In this document: piece after piece, positions 63,456 through 64,000 of the stretch | Position numbering within the stretch: position 1 is the first letter of the stretch | Layout: the number at the start of each line of letters is the position of its first letter | NCBI GenBank assembly: GCA_963796285.1 | Contig: CAWCKW010000003.1 | Coordinates: 160,001 to 224,000, forward strand | DNA length: 64,000 nt | DNA from: Nitrospirota bacterium | Lineage (GTDB): Bacteria > Nitrospirota > UBA9217 | Direction of reading: 5' to 3' | Notes under the pieces: generated by a model | The model's input: only the letters and a program-made list of their open reading frames with translations | Database searches by the model: none | Told to the model about the DNA's origin: nothing | Program-made: the position numbers and the translations under genes

Positions 63456-63598
63456 TTTTGCCACAGAGAGGCACAGACGAAGCACGAGAGAAAGGCTGAA
63501 ATAATTTCATAGCTAAAAGATTTTCAGTTCATCTCCCCTCTGTGACCTCTGCGTACTCTGTGGCAAAAAGGTTTTGGTTCCGGCTTGTCCGGGTTAGG
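63456..63598. repeat. periodic palindrome (CACAGAG units) followed by a TGGTTCCGGCTTGTCCGGGTTAGG tail
   Basis: ttttgccacagag aggcacagac ... ctctgtgac ctctgcgta ctctgtggcaaaa; tail shared with 42228-42252. Confidence 0.75.
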
Positions 63599-63659
63599 GA
63601 AGGCGATCTGATAAAAGTATAGCACAGGGTGGTGTTCACGAACGAAGAGCGGAAGGAAG

Positions 63660-64000
63660 TTATTGCAGGATGACCCTCATATCGAGTGCCGCAGCGCTGC
63701 GGGCATAGATGCGGACCGGGTTGAGGTCGATCTCTTTGATCCCGGGATGGTCGGTCATGAGCTTTGACAGGGCAGTGATGATCGAGAGCGCCGCCTCCTG
63801 GTCAAGCGCAGGGCTTCCCCGGAATCCCTTCAAGAACAGGCCTGCCCGGGTCTGGTCGATCATGTCGAGCATCTCCTCGCGCGTCATGGGCAGGATGCCG
63901 AAGACCGCGTCCTTCAGCGCCTCGACCCAGACCCCGCCGAGTCCGAAGGCAATGGAAGGGCCGAACTGCTCGTCACGCAGACCGCCGATCAGCAGCTCCA
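63660..64000 (-). CDS. acetate-CoA ligase (ADP-forming) ATP-grasp domain, 5'-truncated by window edge
   Basis: ELLIGG.RDEQFGP.IAFGLGG..VE, LKGFRG, EIDLNP, ALDMR. Confidence 0.9.
   Translation of the reverse strand, partial: ELLIGGLRDEQFGPSIAFGLGGVWVEALKDAVFGILPMTREEMLDMIDQTRAGLFLKGFRGSPALDQEAALSIITALSKLMTDHPGIKEIDLNPVRIYARSAAALDMRVILQ

Overview
GC-rich bacterial chromosomal segment. Gene content and order suggest a Nitrospirota/deltaproteobacterium-like organism (inference). Many single-base frameshifts in accessory genes point to a long-read assembly. Core content: murA-hisD-hisG, then a ~13.5 kb lower-GC signalling insert (GGDEF, DUF255, sigma54 regulator, broken tyrosine recombinase, PAS/GAF hybrid kinase, HD-GYP), then hisCBHAF, adk, rng, a radical SAM fusion, rodA-mrdA-mreDCB, SulP, RlmL-like methyltransferase, ABC-F, LTA-synthase-like protein, ppnP, peptidase/propeller-Omp85, TerC, Yip1 and a P2-type ATPase. 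No tRNA, rRNA or CRISPR was seen. Two things stand out. (1) At 54.6-62 kb there is a self-contained envelope locus: an ECF sigma, an anti-sigma with a periplasmic CBM48-like domain, a CBM48-like lipoprotein, a ~577-aa lipoprotein with ~14% Met, a hidden Met/His membrane micro-ORF, and several Met/His-rich exported or outer-membrane proteins. Two divergent TGTAAC-N16-CGTCT promoters and a degenerate third link these genes. (2) More than a dozen short periodic (7-10 nt unit) palindromic elements and MITEs occupy most his-operon spacers, nest inside each other, and sit in frame inside hisF and the P-type ATPase.
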